This document shows, in pieces, positions 9,172 to 19,048 of a stretch of 29,177 nt of DNA (positions are counted from its first letter, which is position 1; every line of letters starts with the position of its first letter). The position numbers were made by a program, and so were the translations under genes. The notes under the pieces are model-generated. The model was not told where the DNA came from. It saw only the letters and a program-made list of their open reading frames with translations, and ran no database searches. The DNA is from a virus (Duplodnaviria; Caudoviricetes): positions 1 through 29,177 of the IMG/VR virus record IMGVR_UViG_3300030708_001743, one strand, 5' to 3'.

Positions 9172-10703
9172 ATCATTCCCTCTACATCTTGTATTGTATT
9201 AATATCTGATACTGGTTTATCACTTCTTATTCTTAGTAATCTAGGAAATCTTAATCCTAAGTTATCATTAGCATCTCTAGTTACTAAATCAGCAGTAACC
9301 TCTAACACTATTCTAGGTAGTAATTCATATGTTCCGTTCTCGACTCTTTGAATTATCTTTTTACCTTGTTGAGTTAAGGATATTAAATCTATATCTGAAA
9401 ACCCAGTTCCTATACTACCAACAGGAACAAACTCCGTTCCATCTTTAACTGCTATATCATATGAACCAAACACTGTAGCCCTTTTACCTTCACCATACCT
9501 TGCTCCAGTAACTACAACGTCTAACTCTATTCTTGGTGGTTTATACTTAACCCAAGAACGTTTACCACTTTCATATGAAGCGTTAAGGTCTTTAACCATT
9601 ATACCTTCATAACCATCATTGATTGCTCTGTTATAGAAAGCATCTTGTTCCCACTTAAACTCTTGAGTATCTTCTATAATCCTAACTGCTTGTTTATGAA
9701 ATTTAAGGATAAATGGTAATCTTTCTCTTAATGAGTTATCCATTAGATTTTCACCATTAAACATCATGCAATCGAACACAGCCAGTTCTACAGGACATTT
9801 TTCAACTGCTTCCTCAATATTCTTAGAATGAATACGAGTTCCCATCTTCTTGAAAGGGGCAGGTCTGCCGTCACTTTCAACAGGATATATTTCTGTATCA
9901 ATAATAAATGATTCTTTCATTTCCCATGCATTTATCATAAGAACAATATCGGGAAACTTATCTGTAACTACCTTACCTTTACGATTGAATATAAGAACTG
10001 AATCTCCTTTGTGTATTTGATACCTAGCACCATCATACTTGTATTCGATAATAGATTCTTTAGGCCACTTCTCTTTAGGAACTTCTTTCGCTAACATAGG
10101 TTTAATAAATCTACCAATTACTAAATCATTAGGTGGTGTTTGATTTGTTGTATAATACACGACTATATCAGATAAGGAATGTAATTGCATATGTTTTTTA
10201 ACTTCTGTTTCCTTCTTATCATATACTTTAGCAACTAATTTTCTAACTAGTCCTTCATTAATTCCGTTTCTTGGCGTCCTTAACCAATATCTCAAGAACC
10301 ATTTTCTTTCTAATGATGACATTTGATTAAAATAAGTATTAAATATTCTAAATGCTTCTCCATCACTTTTACTACAATCCATTTGTAATAAAGAATACAT
10401 TGGGCCTAAACCGTACTCGGAAGATTCATCACTATTATCAAAATGATATACTGCTTCCCCAATATCTCCATGATTATAAATAGAAGTTTCTATTTCTTCT
10501 TCGAACACTTCCAAAGATTTAGTAACCCATTTTAATGCCTTCTTACTTGCTAGATTATTTGGTCCTAAATTTAAAGATAATATATCAATAAACCCTGTTT
10601 TATTTTCTATTTCTTTAAATTCTTTAGCCAATAAACTAACCTTTTTAGTTGGTGTTTTATATTCTACTGCTTGCATCAATCGGCTAAATTCTATCCATTT
10701 CAT
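9168..10703 (-). CDS. lig: ATP-dependent DNA ligase
   Basis: PMLA, motif I EYKYDGAR, EGIMVK, WVKYK, GSIGTGFSD, LRFPRLLRIRSDK. Confidence 0.96.
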   Translation of the reverse strand: MKWIEFSRLMQAVEYKTPTKKVSLLAKEFKEIENKTGFIDILSLNLGPNNLASKKALKWVTKSLEVFEEEIETSIYNHGDIGEAVYHFDNSDESSEYGLGPMYSLLQMDCSKSDGEAFRIFNTYFNQMSSLERKWFLRYWLRTPRNGINEGLVRKLVAKVYDKKETEVKKHMQLHSLSDIVVYYTTNQTPPNDLVIGRFIKPMLAKEVPKEKWPKESIIEYKYDGARYQIHKGDSVLIFNRKGKVVTDKFPDIVLMINAWEMKESFIIDTEIYPVESDGRPAPFKKMGTRIHSKNIEEAVEKCPVELAVFDCMMFNGENLMDNSLRERLPFILKFHKQAVRIIEDTQEFKWEQDAFYNRAINDGYEGIMVKDLNASYESGKRSWVKYKPPRIELDVVVTGARYGEGKRATVFGSYDIAVKDGTEFVPVGSIGTGFSDIDLISLTQQGKKIIQRVENGTYELLPRIVLEVTADLVTRDANDNLGLRFPRLLRIRSDKPVSDINTIQDVEGMI

Positions 10704-10948
10704 TACCTAAGCCCCCATAAAGCAGGTCGTTCATTTCTACTATTAATCCTAATAAACTCAGGGTATCTAGTTAGAATGTTAACTACCCGTTGTTGTGACG
10801 GAGAAGAATTCTTCCATGTTTTATTTAGATTATCCATTATTTCTTTAGTGCTTAATACATCATCTGATAATAACTCATTTAATCTTTTAACTAGCCTTGT
10901 GTGTTTACTTCTTCGCCTTAGTGTACCATCTACTAATTTAGCACTCAT
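10703..10948 (-). CDS. Small winged-helix-like DNA-binding protein
   Basis: LSTKEIMDNLN...PSQQRVVNIL...F pattern; resembles 18254-18580. Confidence 0.55.
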   Translation of the reverse strand: MSAKLVDGTLRRRSKHTRLVKRLNELLSDDVLSTKEIMDNLNKTWKNSSPSQQRVVNILTRYPEFIRINSRNERPALWGLR

Positions 10949-11325
10949 TCTTCTTCACCAACTGGTGCGGAAAACATTTGTAACATTAATGCATTAGATA
11001 GACCAATAGCATGTAATGTCTTTTCATCACCTGCTCTATTAGCCATGCCCATCATCATTGTGTTAAACGCTTGGACCATAGGCAATGCTAGATTCCATAC
11101 GTTTTGTGCTTCCTCCCAGTAAGAGTAGTTATCATCTTTATTTAGTGTGGACATATGTAATAGATGAAAGAGCATAAACCCATGTTTATCTTTAATAGAG
11201 ATTAAAGATTCTAGTTCATTCTCAAAAGATTCTACCATTTGTACTGGTAAGTTCTTTCTCATCCATTCTGCATGTGCTTCGCACCAATCATTAAATTCTT
11301 TTTCATTATATTTTTCTATTCCCAT
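10945..11325 (-). CDS. Hypothetical protein
   Basis: 126-aa ORF with GGTGA RBS. Confidence 0.7.
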   Translation of the reverse strand: MGIEKYNEKEFNDWCEAHAEWMRKNLPVQMVESFENELESLISIKDKHGFMLFHLLHMSTLNKDDNYSYWEEAQNVWNLALPMVQAFNTMMMGMANRAGDEKTLHAIGLSNALMLQMFSAPVGEEE

Positions 11326-11528
11326 TGTTTCACCTTCTCTAATATTTCTTGTAATACTTTTATTTCTTCTAAGTTTAATCTTATTCCTTTCTTTGTTGGT
11401 TTATCGTTATTGTATAATCTAATATCAACTACATCTAATTTCCAATAAACACCTTTAGTTACTTTCCATTCGTTCTTTGAATCTCTAGGTATTCTACCTA
11501 GTAATTCCCATTCAGTTTCTTCTGTCAT
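11316..11528 (-). CDS. PC4/p15-like ssDNA-binding protein
   Basis: VDIRLY...KPTKKGIRL signature. Confidence 0.85.
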   Translation of the reverse strand: MTEETEWELLGRIPRDSKNEWKVTKGVYWKLDVVDIRLYNNDKPTKKGIRLNLEEIKVLQEILEKVKQWE

Positions 11529-11537
11529 TTTATCACC

Positions 11538-12062
11538 TCAAAAATTAAATTCATCATCAGTCGCTACTGAATCAGAAGACCATATTCCTATCTCTTGTGG
11601 TTCTTTACTTCCACCTTCAATTAATACTGGACTAAATGTAACTTCAACACTTGCTGAATAGTAGTTATTCGGGTCAACCGAATGCATCTTTTCTGCAACT
11701 TCTTTTGCTAATACACTATTATAGATAGCATCATCATACTCAGCAATTACTTCATTATTCCTTTTAACATAATACTTAGTGTCTAAGTTTTTAGTATCAG
11801 TTAATGCTTTTGCTATTCCAAAATTCTTTAAGATATATTTCATATCTTTAACATTGGAAGGCTCTTGCCACATTTCGGGCAATCTTGTTTCCATTGCTTT
11901 AATAGAATTAGCAAGTGCTTGACCGATAATCAATTGGCCTCGCATACTCATAATAAACTCTAAACATTTCTGTTGTTTAGTTAAATCATCTTCTCCCTTT
12001 TCTAATGTTATCTTTAATTTGGGTTCTTCTTTCTTTTCTTCTTTCTTATCCTTCGTTTTCAT
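11538..12062 (-). CDS. Hypothetical protein
   Basis: 174 aa, acidic-aromatic tail DDEFNF. Confidence 0.7.
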   Translation of the reverse strand: MKTKDKKEEKKEEPKLKITLEKGEDDLTKQQKCLEFIMSMRGQLIIGQALANSIKAMETRLPEMWQEPSNVKDMKYILKNFGIAKALTDTKNLDTKYYVKRNNEVIAEYDDAIYNSVLAKEVAEKMHSVDPNNYYSASVEVTFSPVLIEGGSKEPQEIGIWSSDSVATDDEFNF

Positions 12063-12270
12063 TTACTTCATCCTCCATTTGTTTCATTAAATCTTCTGTC
12101 ACTAAACCATAAGTTATGTTTAGTCCACAGTTATATTTCGCATTTATCATAGCGCCGATGTGCATACAGGTTTCTAACCAATCATCAGGCATATCATATG
12201 GTAATCCCATATCATTAGACAATTGTATTGCTAATGTTGGGTAAACTAATTTATCTTTATTCTTCTTCAT
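12046..12270 (-). CDS. Hypothetical protein
   Basis: 74 aa, GGAG RBS. Confidence 0.65.
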   Translation of the reverse strand: MKKNKDKLVYPTLAIQLSNDMGLPYDMPDDWLETCMHIGAMINAKYNCGLNITYGLVTEDLMKQMEDEVNENEG

Positions 12271-12352
12271 TTTTTACTCCCCCTATAGGGCATGAAGGTC
12301 GGCAATAATAATGACCGCAACATATTTTTATTTCTTCTTCATTCTTCTTCAT
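12257..12352 (-). CDS. 31-aa Cys-rich microprotein
   Basis: Hand-translated MKKNEEEIKICCGHYYCRPSCPIGGVKNEEE; AGGAGG RBS. Confidence 0.5.
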   Translation of the reverse strand: MKKNEEEIKICCGHYYCRPSCPIGGVKNEEE

Positions 12353-12455
12353 CTTTATTCCTCCTTTTATCTGGTGTATTTCCTTTTAAACATTCTAAAC
12401 ATTTTCTAAATCCTCTATGTGTAAAATCCATGCAATCTTTAACTATGCATATCAT
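12339..12455 (-). CDS. 38-aa Zn-finger-like microprotein
   Basis: Hand-translated MICIVKDCMDFTHRGFRKCLECLKG...; GGTGA RBS. Confidence 0.55.
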   Translation of the reverse strand: MICIVKDCMDFTHRGFRKCLECLKGNTPDKRRNKDEEE

Positions 12456-13971
12456 CTAATTCACCAACTAATACTTCTGACGTTAATACTAATGCCGCAA
12501 CACTAGCCGCACTATTCAATGATGATAGTGTAACTTTAACTGGGTCAATAATACCTTCTTCTAATAAGTTAACTGATTCTCCAGTCTTAGCATTTATACG
12601 AATAGGGACTCCATTGGCTAATAGCGTTGCATTGGTTGTAATCCCTGCATTTGCTAATATCTGAAGATAAGGTTTATTTAAACATTCAAAAAATGAATGT
12701 CGGTATTGCCCACCATCCTTCATATTGGCTAATGTAAAACCACCACCCTCTATTACTCCTAAATCCATAGCGGCTCTAGTAGCATTCAAGGCATCATCTA
12801 CTCTTTCCATAGTATCTCTCATTTCTATTTCGGAAGCCGCACCAATTTTCATTACTGCTACTCCACCTAGTAGTTTAGCAACTCTAGTTTTCATCTTGTC
12901 TAACTGAAAATCATTTTTAGCCATATCATAATGGCTCTCAATCATTTTAGCCCTTTCTTCTACTTTCTCTTTAGTTCCCGCACCATTAACTATGATTGTC
13001 TTGGCTTCTCCTACAGTTATCTTTTCACAAGTTCCTAAATCTTCTATCTCCACTTCTTCTAATTTATCGTTAGCGTGGTAATCTACAAATTTAGCACCTG
13101 TAACTATAGCAATATCTTCTAATAAAGCATCAGAGATATGACCATAATCAGGAGATTCTATAGGACATACTTTGACTATACCATTTAATACATTCATGAT
13201 TAAATTAGCCATAGCGTGTTCTTCTAGTAATCTTGATATTAGGATTAAAGGTCTTTTAGTTTCTGCTACTTTTTCTAATAATGGTAACATCTCTTGGAAT
13301 CTAACTATCTGTAAATTAGATACTAAGATTAATGGATTCTCCATAACTGTTTGGTTCTTTTCTTTATCGGTAGTAAAATGATGATGCCTATAACCTCTTT
13401 CTATCTCTAAACCATTTACTACTTCTACTGTAGTATTCATATCTTGAGATTCCGAAACTGTTACTACTCCACTTTTACCTACTGTCTCTATCGCCTTAGC
13501 AATTAAAGAACCAATGTCTTTATCGTTATTAGCGGCTATGGAAGCCACATTAACTATATCACTAGATTTTTCTATTGGTTTGGCAAGTTCCAGAAGTTTC
13601 GAAGATATTTCATCAACTTGTAATTTTAAGTCATTTGAAACATCAACGGGATTAGCACCTTCTTTAATTAAATCCATTCCTCTTTCGCAAAATGCTTGTG
13701 CTAAAACACAGGCAGTAGTTGTTCCGTCACCTGCTAAACTTTGTGCTTGTGTTGCTACTTCTATGAGTAATTTAGCACCCATATCTACAAACTCATCTTC
13801 ATGATGAACTGCCTTAGCAACTGTAACACCATCATTAACAATAATGGGTCTACCATTTTCTTTTAGAACTACGGTCTTAGCCATTGGTCCTAAAGTTGGT
13901 TTAACTGCATCTGCAACTAAATTAATTCCTTTCAACATTTTATCTCTTGCTTCATCTCCTATCACTATCAT
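12439..13971 (-). CDS. groEL: Group I chaperonin GroEL (viral)
   Basis: TLGP, NDGVTVAK, AGDGTTTA, GGVAVMKIGAASEIE, DDALNATRAA, GIIDPVKV; no GGM tail. Confidence 0.95.
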   Translation of the reverse strand: MIVIGDEARDKMLKGINLVADAVKPTLGPMAKTVVLKENGRPIIVNDGVTVAKAVHHEDEFVDMGAKLLIEVATQAQSLAGDGTTTACVLAQAFCERGMDLIKEGANPVDVSNDLKLQVDEISSKLLELAKPIEKSSDIVNVASIAANNDKDIGSLIAKAIETVGKSGVVTVSESQDMNTTVEVVNGLEIERGYRHHHFTTDKEKNQTVMENPLILVSNLQIVRFQEMLPLLEKVAETKRPLILISRLLEEHAMANLIMNVLNGIVKVCPIESPDYGHISDALLEDIAIVTGAKFVDYHANDKLEEVEIEDLGTCEKITVGEAKTIIVNGAGTKEKVEERAKMIESHYDMAKNDFQLDKMKTRVAKLLGGVAVMKIGAASEIEMRDTMERVDDALNATRAAMDLGVIEGGGFTLANMKDGGQYRHSFFECLNKPYLQILANAGITTNATLLANGVPIRINAKTGESVNLLEEGIIDPVKVTLSSLNSAASVAALVLTSEVLVGELDDMHS

Positions 13972-14195
13972 TCTATCACCTTACAACATATTACATTCAT
14001 ATGCACAGCGAAATAATCGCCTAACTTAATTATCTTATTCGGTTGATAATATATCTCATCACCAACTTCTATTTCTTCTACATCTTTTCCTACAGAAATA
14101 ACTTTACCCTTATGGGTTTCAGTCATAGTAAACTGACCCATATTTGTTTTAGTTTCCTGTAATACTACAAATTCTCCTATCGCTTCTAATTTCAT
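13968..14195 (-). CDS. groES: Co-chaperonin GroES
   Basis: GKVISVG...IEVGDEI; directly upstream of and overlapping groEL. Confidence 0.85.
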   Translation of the reverse strand: MKLEAIGEFVVLQETKTNMGQFTMTETHKGKVISVGKDVEEIEVGDEIYYQPNKIIKLGDYFAVHMNVICCKVIE

Positions 14196-14681
14196 TTATT
14201 CTTCCTCCTTTAATTCTTTAAATTCTATATACTCGGTTTTTTGATAACTATGATGTTCCATATAATCTACATTCTTAAACCAAGTTTGATGTTCATTATC
14301 TCCTAATACAATTGCACTAAGCATTCTAGTTTTCCATGTATTAATTGTTCTCATATCTGTTCCGCTAAAGTAAGCCTTACCAAATGGATGAGTATGAATC
14401 CAACATTTAACTGGTAACTTCATTCCCACTGGGTCTTCACTGAATTCCACAAAAGAAAACGTTCCAAAACTAATGAACAATCTATTATTGTTATCAATTA
14501 CAACTTGAATTTCTCTTGGAGAATCGAATGCTTCCATACTCATTTCCCATATTTTTTCAAGAAAAAAGTGTCTCTTGTAAACTTCTGTACCTTTTGGTTT
14601 TTGAAATATACCTCTTAAAGCCTCACCATCTTCAAACGCTTTAATAATTTCTTCTTTCCAATTTCCATTTAATATTATCAT
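14196..14681 (-). CDS. JAB/MPN+ metalloprotease
   Basis: REIQV glutamate, then WIHTHPFGKAYFSGTD (HxH-x7-S-x2-D). Confidence 0.88.
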   Translation of the reverse strand: MIILNGNWKEEIIKAFEDGEALRGIFQKPKGTEVYKRHFFLEKIWEMSMEAFDSPREIQVVIDNNNRLFISFGTFSFVEFSEDPVGMKLPVKCWIHTHPFGKAYFSGTDMRTINTWKTRMLSAIVLGDNEHQTWFKNVDYMEHHSYQKTEYIEFKELKEEE

Positions 14682-15241
14682 ATATTCACAACCTTATAAT
14701 CACAAACATCATCATTATCCACAAACCATCTTTGCATCCATTCTGCGGCCATACCTGCTATTGCTACATGAGTAAAATGTATCCCTTCTTTCTTACCTTC
14801 CCAACTATCTCCTTGACATGAAAAACTTCCATCTGGTCCTGTTAATACTGTATCAAACATATTCTTTGGAGTCTTATAACTAATTAAAGCACCATTCCTT
14901 GCTTGAGCCCTCAAGTCTAACCATTGCACTGATGACCTATAAAGTAACCTTCTTACATCTAAGTTATCTGCACAACAAATCACTAAATCGTATCCTTCGA
15001 TTTGTCTTTGTGTTAGTACTAAGTATGGTTCTGCTTTAACTATTGATTTGTAGCGAGTTTTCATAGCGTAAACTTTCTTGTCTTCCACTTCATCTTGTTC
15101 ATAGTTCTGATAAGTTAAGTTCTTAGTCTCGACAATATCGGGGTCGAAAGCCGTTATCTTATACAGTCCTGTTTTATCTAAAAGAGGGATTAGAAAACTA
15201 CCAATTCCTCCCGTTCCTATTATCATTATTTTTCTTTTCAT
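14678..15241 (-). CDS. ThiF/MoeB/E1-like Ubl-activating enzyme
   Basis: IIGTGGIGS, DPDIVETKNL, DLVICCADNLDVRR. Likely start is the ATG at 15241, behind GGTGA. Confidence 0.9.
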   Translation of the reverse strand: MKRKIMIIGTGGIGSFLIPLLDKTGLYKITAFDPDIVETKNLTYQNYEQDEVEDKKVYAMKTRYKSIVKAEPYLVLTQRQIEGYDLVICCADNLDVRRLLYRSSVQWLDLRAQARNGALISYKTPKNMFDTVLTGPDGSFSCQGDSWEGKKEGIHFTHVAIAGMAAEWMQRWFVDNDDVCDYKVVNI

Positions 15242-15242
15242 T

Positions 15243-15517
15243 TTATTCACCTATATCTTTATAATTTTCTATTCCATAATCTATATGTTCTTCTGTTAAA
15301 TATTTAATTCTACTATCAATCATATTACCTAAAACATTCTTTACTATTTATCTTTTACTTTATCATTCTCAGGTTTTAGTAGATGTCCTTTATCGTTACA
15401 GACACCTCCTAAACTTTTGAATAAATCTGTTAATCCTTGAAAGTTTCCGTATTCATTAAACATTATATATTTTAAAATCTCATATTCTACTTCTTTTATA
15501 CTTCGTGGTCTTGCCAT
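15243..15517 (-). pseudogene. Frameshifted ORF (about 91 aa if repaired)
   Basis: MARPRSIKEV... stops at TAG 15344-15346. The -1 frame continues IVKNVLGNMID... to a TAA overlapping the E1 RBS. Confidence 0.5.
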
Positions 15518-16350
15518 CTTATTCCCTCTATTATATCCCCTATTGTTAATCCAAACGTGCTTTTAATTCCTAGTTTGGATAATATATTTTTATAGTTATT
15601 TCTAACTGTTTTTGCTTCCTTAATATCGAAAGCAGTTGCCACTTCTTTTTGTGTTGTTGTTTTACTTGGTTGCGTTGTTTCTACACAATATACTATTCCC
15701 GCTAAATATGCAGAAGTAGGATAACGTGTTTCTATACCATCTAAATATGTGTAAAGACTAATACAATCATTAGTAAAGGAAAGGTCTTTGTCTAAATTTT
15801 GACAAAACTTTCTGAGTAAAGCATTTGCATTTCCCATTGAAAAAACATGGCTCTTACCCAGATGTCTAGCAAACAATCTTGAAAGTTTACTCACTCTCTT
15901 GGGTGTAACTTCTAAACGTTTAGCAACTTCTAATAAAGTATAACTGTAGTTATACTCTCTTAATACTAAATAAGTTATAGCCGCACTTCTTTCTTCTAAT
16001 TCCATTTTAGAAGTAAAAATACCTTTACTCTTTAACTTGTTATAATATTCCATAACAGTTAACTTAGACGCTTCACACATTGAAAATTCAGAGGCGGCTA
16101 CATTACAATAAAACTGGGCTTTTTTCATCGTCCTTTCTTCTGACGACATTCTACTAGTTACAGCAAGCCTTCGCAATTTGTATGACCCCTTCTCTTTTCC
16201 AATAACGCTTCCTAAATCGTTATTATCTTTATGTCTGTCTTTTAACAGCACTTCGTTCTCTAATATATCACTACAAACTAACCCACAATTAGGGCATTCA
16301 TAGTGAATATCGCTTCTAACAACATCTACATTACATTCATCGCATTTCAT
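15496..16350 (-). CDS. tfb: Transcription initiation factor B (TFB/TFIIB-like)
   Basis: N-terminal CDEC...ECPNCGLV Zn ribbon, then two cyclin-like repeats (TLLEVA, TQKEVA...TVRNNYK). Confidence 0.85.
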   Translation of the reverse strand: MKCDECNVDVVRSDIHYECPNCGLVCSDILENEVLLKDRHKDNNDLGSVIGKEKGSYKLRRLAVTSRMSSEERTMKKAQFYCNVAASEFSMCEASKLTVMEYYNKLKSKGIFTSKMELEERSAAITYLVLREYNYSYTLLEVAKRLEVTPKRVSKLSRLFARHLGKSHVFSMGNANALLRKFCQNLDKDLSFTNDCISLYTYLDGIETRYPTSAYLAGIVYCVETTQPSKTTTQKEVATAFDIKEAKTVRNNYKNILSKLGIKSTFGLTIGDIIEGIRWQDHEV

Positions 16351-16439
16351 TTTTGTCACCCGAAAGTGACCGTTTTATTTCTCTGAACCTTTTGGAACAG
16401 CGAATTGTTTGGTCTGACAATTCCTTATAGTGATGGTAC

Positions 16440-17687
16440 TTAAAGTTCTCTGACTCTAAAAGTTCGGTCAGGTATTCTACACTGTGTTTGGTCCAATGTG
16501 TGGACATCTCCTAAGTAGCCTTTGATTGTTGAAACTCTACTGACTAACATATTATCATTCAATAGGCCCATTGCTCTAGTTACGAATTGGTCGCCAGTAG
16601 GTGATTTATTATCCAAGTTATCTACACAAATTGGACCTGCCCACCTGCCTTTATCTTCACCTTCAACCCAAACATAAGTAGATACGTTCTGTTGTCCTTG
16701 AGATTTAAGCCCTCTATCAGTTAGTTTCCAATCTGCTAATTTACCTCTAATATACATTACAGTTGGATTCTCTGAAACATCTAATAGTTTATCGGGACTA
16801 CCCCAATTGATAGCAATTCTATCGGGGAATCTTCTACCAATATGAATCATTAAATCTCTTGCTCTTTCTTTAACAACTTTAGATGTTCTATTCTGATTTA
16901 AGAATGCTACCATTAATGCTTCTTCGGCAGGGGTAGGTTTTTCTCCACCCATAGTTTTAGCCCATAACTCTGACGGACTTAGATTAGACCAATTACCTTG
17001 TTTCTTTTTCTTGAGATAACTATTCATATAGACATTCATCTGTTTAATGGTTAGTTCTCCCCAAACACCGTCTGATATTTCTATGGCTACATTCTTTTCA
17101 CCAATCAAATTAACCTTTAATCTACATTCTATTCTCTTACCATAATTACCATATTCATCTTCTAAGTAGAAGTAATAAGGCGCTCTGTTTTCTAGTGCGT
17201 AAGAAACGTTCTCTGGAATATGAATATGTTTATACAAGAACTTCTCTAGTTCTACTGTATCATCAGTAAAACAAGATTTGAATATAGTTCTTGCTAATGC
17301 GGCAAGAAGAACGGATTTGTTGCCCATAATTCCATTAACATAATATCTAGTTTTTACTTTATTGAAGTGGACCATATATCCTTCTTCTCCAATGTAAATA
17401 TTATATGCGAATTGCTCTCCTTCTTTAATATCATCTTTCGGTTGTTCCCAAGATGGAGTATAGTATCCCCTACTTCTACGATATGTATTTCTATACATAT
17501 TTCTCCTAGATATTTTTAGTTTGCTACTAAGCCAACTTTTTACTGCTTCAATCATAGGATTGTTAGCATTTCTAAAACTTCTAGGGTTTATATTGGCAGT
17601 ATTGTATTCTTCATCTTCTGAAAATCTTACTATTGTTGAATCGTATTCTCTCGAATCATCGGGTCTTTGTATTAATAATTCTGTCAT
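16440..17687 (-). CDS. Hypothetical protein; C-terminal domain is a candidate E2/UBC-like domain
   Basis: C-terminal WAGPICVDNL resembles the G-x-I-C-[LV] E2 active-site motif. Sits between the Ubl and E1/JAB genes. The function is inference. Confidence 0.4.
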   Translation of the reverse strand: MTELLIQRPDDSREYDSTIVRFSEDEEYNTANINPRSFRNANNPMIEAVKSWLSSKLKISRRNMYRNTYRRSRGYYTPSWEQPKDDIKEGEQFAYNIYIGEEGYMVHFNKVKTRYYVNGIMGNKSVLLAALARTIFKSCFTDDTVELEKFLYKHIHIPENVSYALENRAPYYFYLEDEYGNYGKRIECRLKVNLIGEKNVAIEISDGVWGELTIKQMNVYMNSYLKKKKQGNWSNLSPSELWAKTMGGEKPTPAEEALMVAFLNQNRTSKVVKERARDLMIHIGRRFPDRIAINWGSPDKLLDVSENPTVMYIRGKLADWKLTDRGLKSQGQQNVSTYVWVEGEDKGRWAGPICVDNLDNKSPTGDQFVTRAMGLLNDNMLVSRVSTIKGYLGDVHTLDQTQCRIPDRTFRVREL

Positions 17688-17691
17688 TTTA

Positions 17692-17844
17692 TCACCTTAA
17701 TTTACTCTTATAATTTTGTACACATTTAGGGTGTACTTCCTCTTTAATGTCTTTCGGATGGGTTAGTTGACCACCACAAATTCGACAACTTGTTGCTATA
17801 TTATTGCCTTTTCTATCTTTTGTATATTTAGGATTCTTTGTCAT
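17692..17844 (-). CDS. 50-aa Zn-finger-like protein
   Basis: Hand-translated MTKNPKY...SCRICGGQL...VHPKCV. Confidence 0.6.
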   Translation of the reverse strand: MTKNPKYTKDRKGNNIATSCRICGGQLTHPKDIKEEVHPKCVQNYKSKLR

Positions 17845-17973
17845 CTTTAATCACTCTCTGTCGTGATACTAATAGATGTGGATGTTTAAGAAGTAACTCT
17901 TTTAGAGCATCTGAGACAGATTGAATATCTTCATATTCTTCCATCCAAACGCTACCGTTTTGTTTACATATGC

Positions 17974-18267
17974 TTATTCGGAATTTATCCAATTGGATTC
18001 CCTCTCAATATAAGCCATTAATTCCCTATAGTTATTCCTTTCGTCTATTAGCCAATCTTTGAATGTATAACTTTTAGTTATATTGTTTTTTAGTATAAAA
18101 TGCCTTATCCATTTTACACATAAATGTTGTTTATTTATATCATCTAAATCATAAGTCTTAGAATTATCTATTCTTTGTAATAACTCTATATAATCATCGT
18201 GAGATAATATTTCTCCCCATTCCATAACACAGTTTTTTAATTCATTTATATCTTTAAATATCGTCAT
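17974..18267 (-). CDS. Hypothetical protein
   Basis: 97-aa co-oriented ORF. Confidence 0.6.
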   Translation of the reverse strand: MTIFKDINELKNCVMEWGEILSHDDYIELLQRIDNSKTYDLDDINKQHLCVKWIRHFILKNNITKSYTFKDWLIDERNNYRELMAYIERESNWINSE

Positions 18268-18580
18268 TTAACTCAAACCTTACATAATTATCATTAACGG
18301 AATAGGTTGGTGCTTCATAGGAACCACCCATAACTGTAGATACTACAGTGCTACCGACTATTTTGAAAATCTTGTGACCATTTATTAGATTGCTTAACCT
18401 TTGATGAGTAGTAGAATATCTTCTATATTCTTCGTTTAACTTCTCAGCAATAGTTTGTATTGGTATGGGTTCTGATTCCCATAAAATTTTTAATAAGGCC
18501 ATTTTGGTATAAACGCCCTTTGGTTTAGATTCAAAAAATAATCTACCATTTTTTAATTTTACATTATATTCCTTCTTCAT
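18254..18580 (-). CDS. Winged-helix-like protein, apparent paralog of 10703-10948
   Basis: IPIQTIAEKLN...TTHQRLSNLI...F. Confidence 0.55.
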   Translation of the reverse strand: MKKEYNVKLKNGRLFFESKPKGVYTKMALLKILWESEPIPIQTIAEKLNEEYRRYSTTHQRLSNLINGHKIFKIVGSTVVSTVMGGSYEAPTYSVNDNYVRFELNDDI

Positions 18581-18643
18581 ATCTTCACTTCCTTCTCTAT
18601 TATAGAGAGGTAAAATTAATCTTTAATTTCGTCTATATTAATG

Positions 18644-18850
18644 TTAACCTAAATTTGGTTTAGGTTTATAACGCTTAAGTATTTTCTTACCTAGATAATA
18701 ACTTAATCCAGACCAAAATAATATTTCTACTGTTATTAGTATAACTCCAACGGTATTACCGAATTTCCAAATATCTCCATTTAGACATCCTTCAAACTCC
18801 ATACAGAAATCGGAGAATTTCATATCCATTTCATAATCTGGAATATCCAT
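18644..18850 (-). CDS. Small membrane protein
   Basis: One TM segment (VGVILITVEILFWSGLSYYL) followed by a basic tail. Confidence 0.65.
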   Translation of the reverse strand: MDIPDYEMDMKFSDFCMEFEGCLNGDIWKFGNTVGVILITVEILFWSGLSYYLGKKILKRYKPKPNLG

Positions 18851-18851
18851 A

Positions 18852-19022
18852 TTATCTCCACAGTTTTCTTAATCCGTTTTTAAAATCGTTGTTTATTTCT
18901 TCTTTTTCTGTTTCATTAAATGATATTTCCCCTACATCAAACGTTATTACGTTTAATAGAAAATACCAAGTTAATGATAGTAATAATATCGCTGTTGTTC
19001 CCGCTATAATTAATGTGGACAT
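18852..19022 (-). CDS. 56-aa membrane-anchored protein
   Basis: Hand-translated MSTLIIAGTTAILLLSLTWYFLLNVITF... Confidence 0.55.
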   Translation of the reverse strand: MSTLIIAGTTAILLLSLTWYFLLNVITFDVGEISFNETEKEEINNDFKNGLRKLWR

Positions 19023-19048
19023 AACTAGCCCATAACGGTTTAAAAAAT

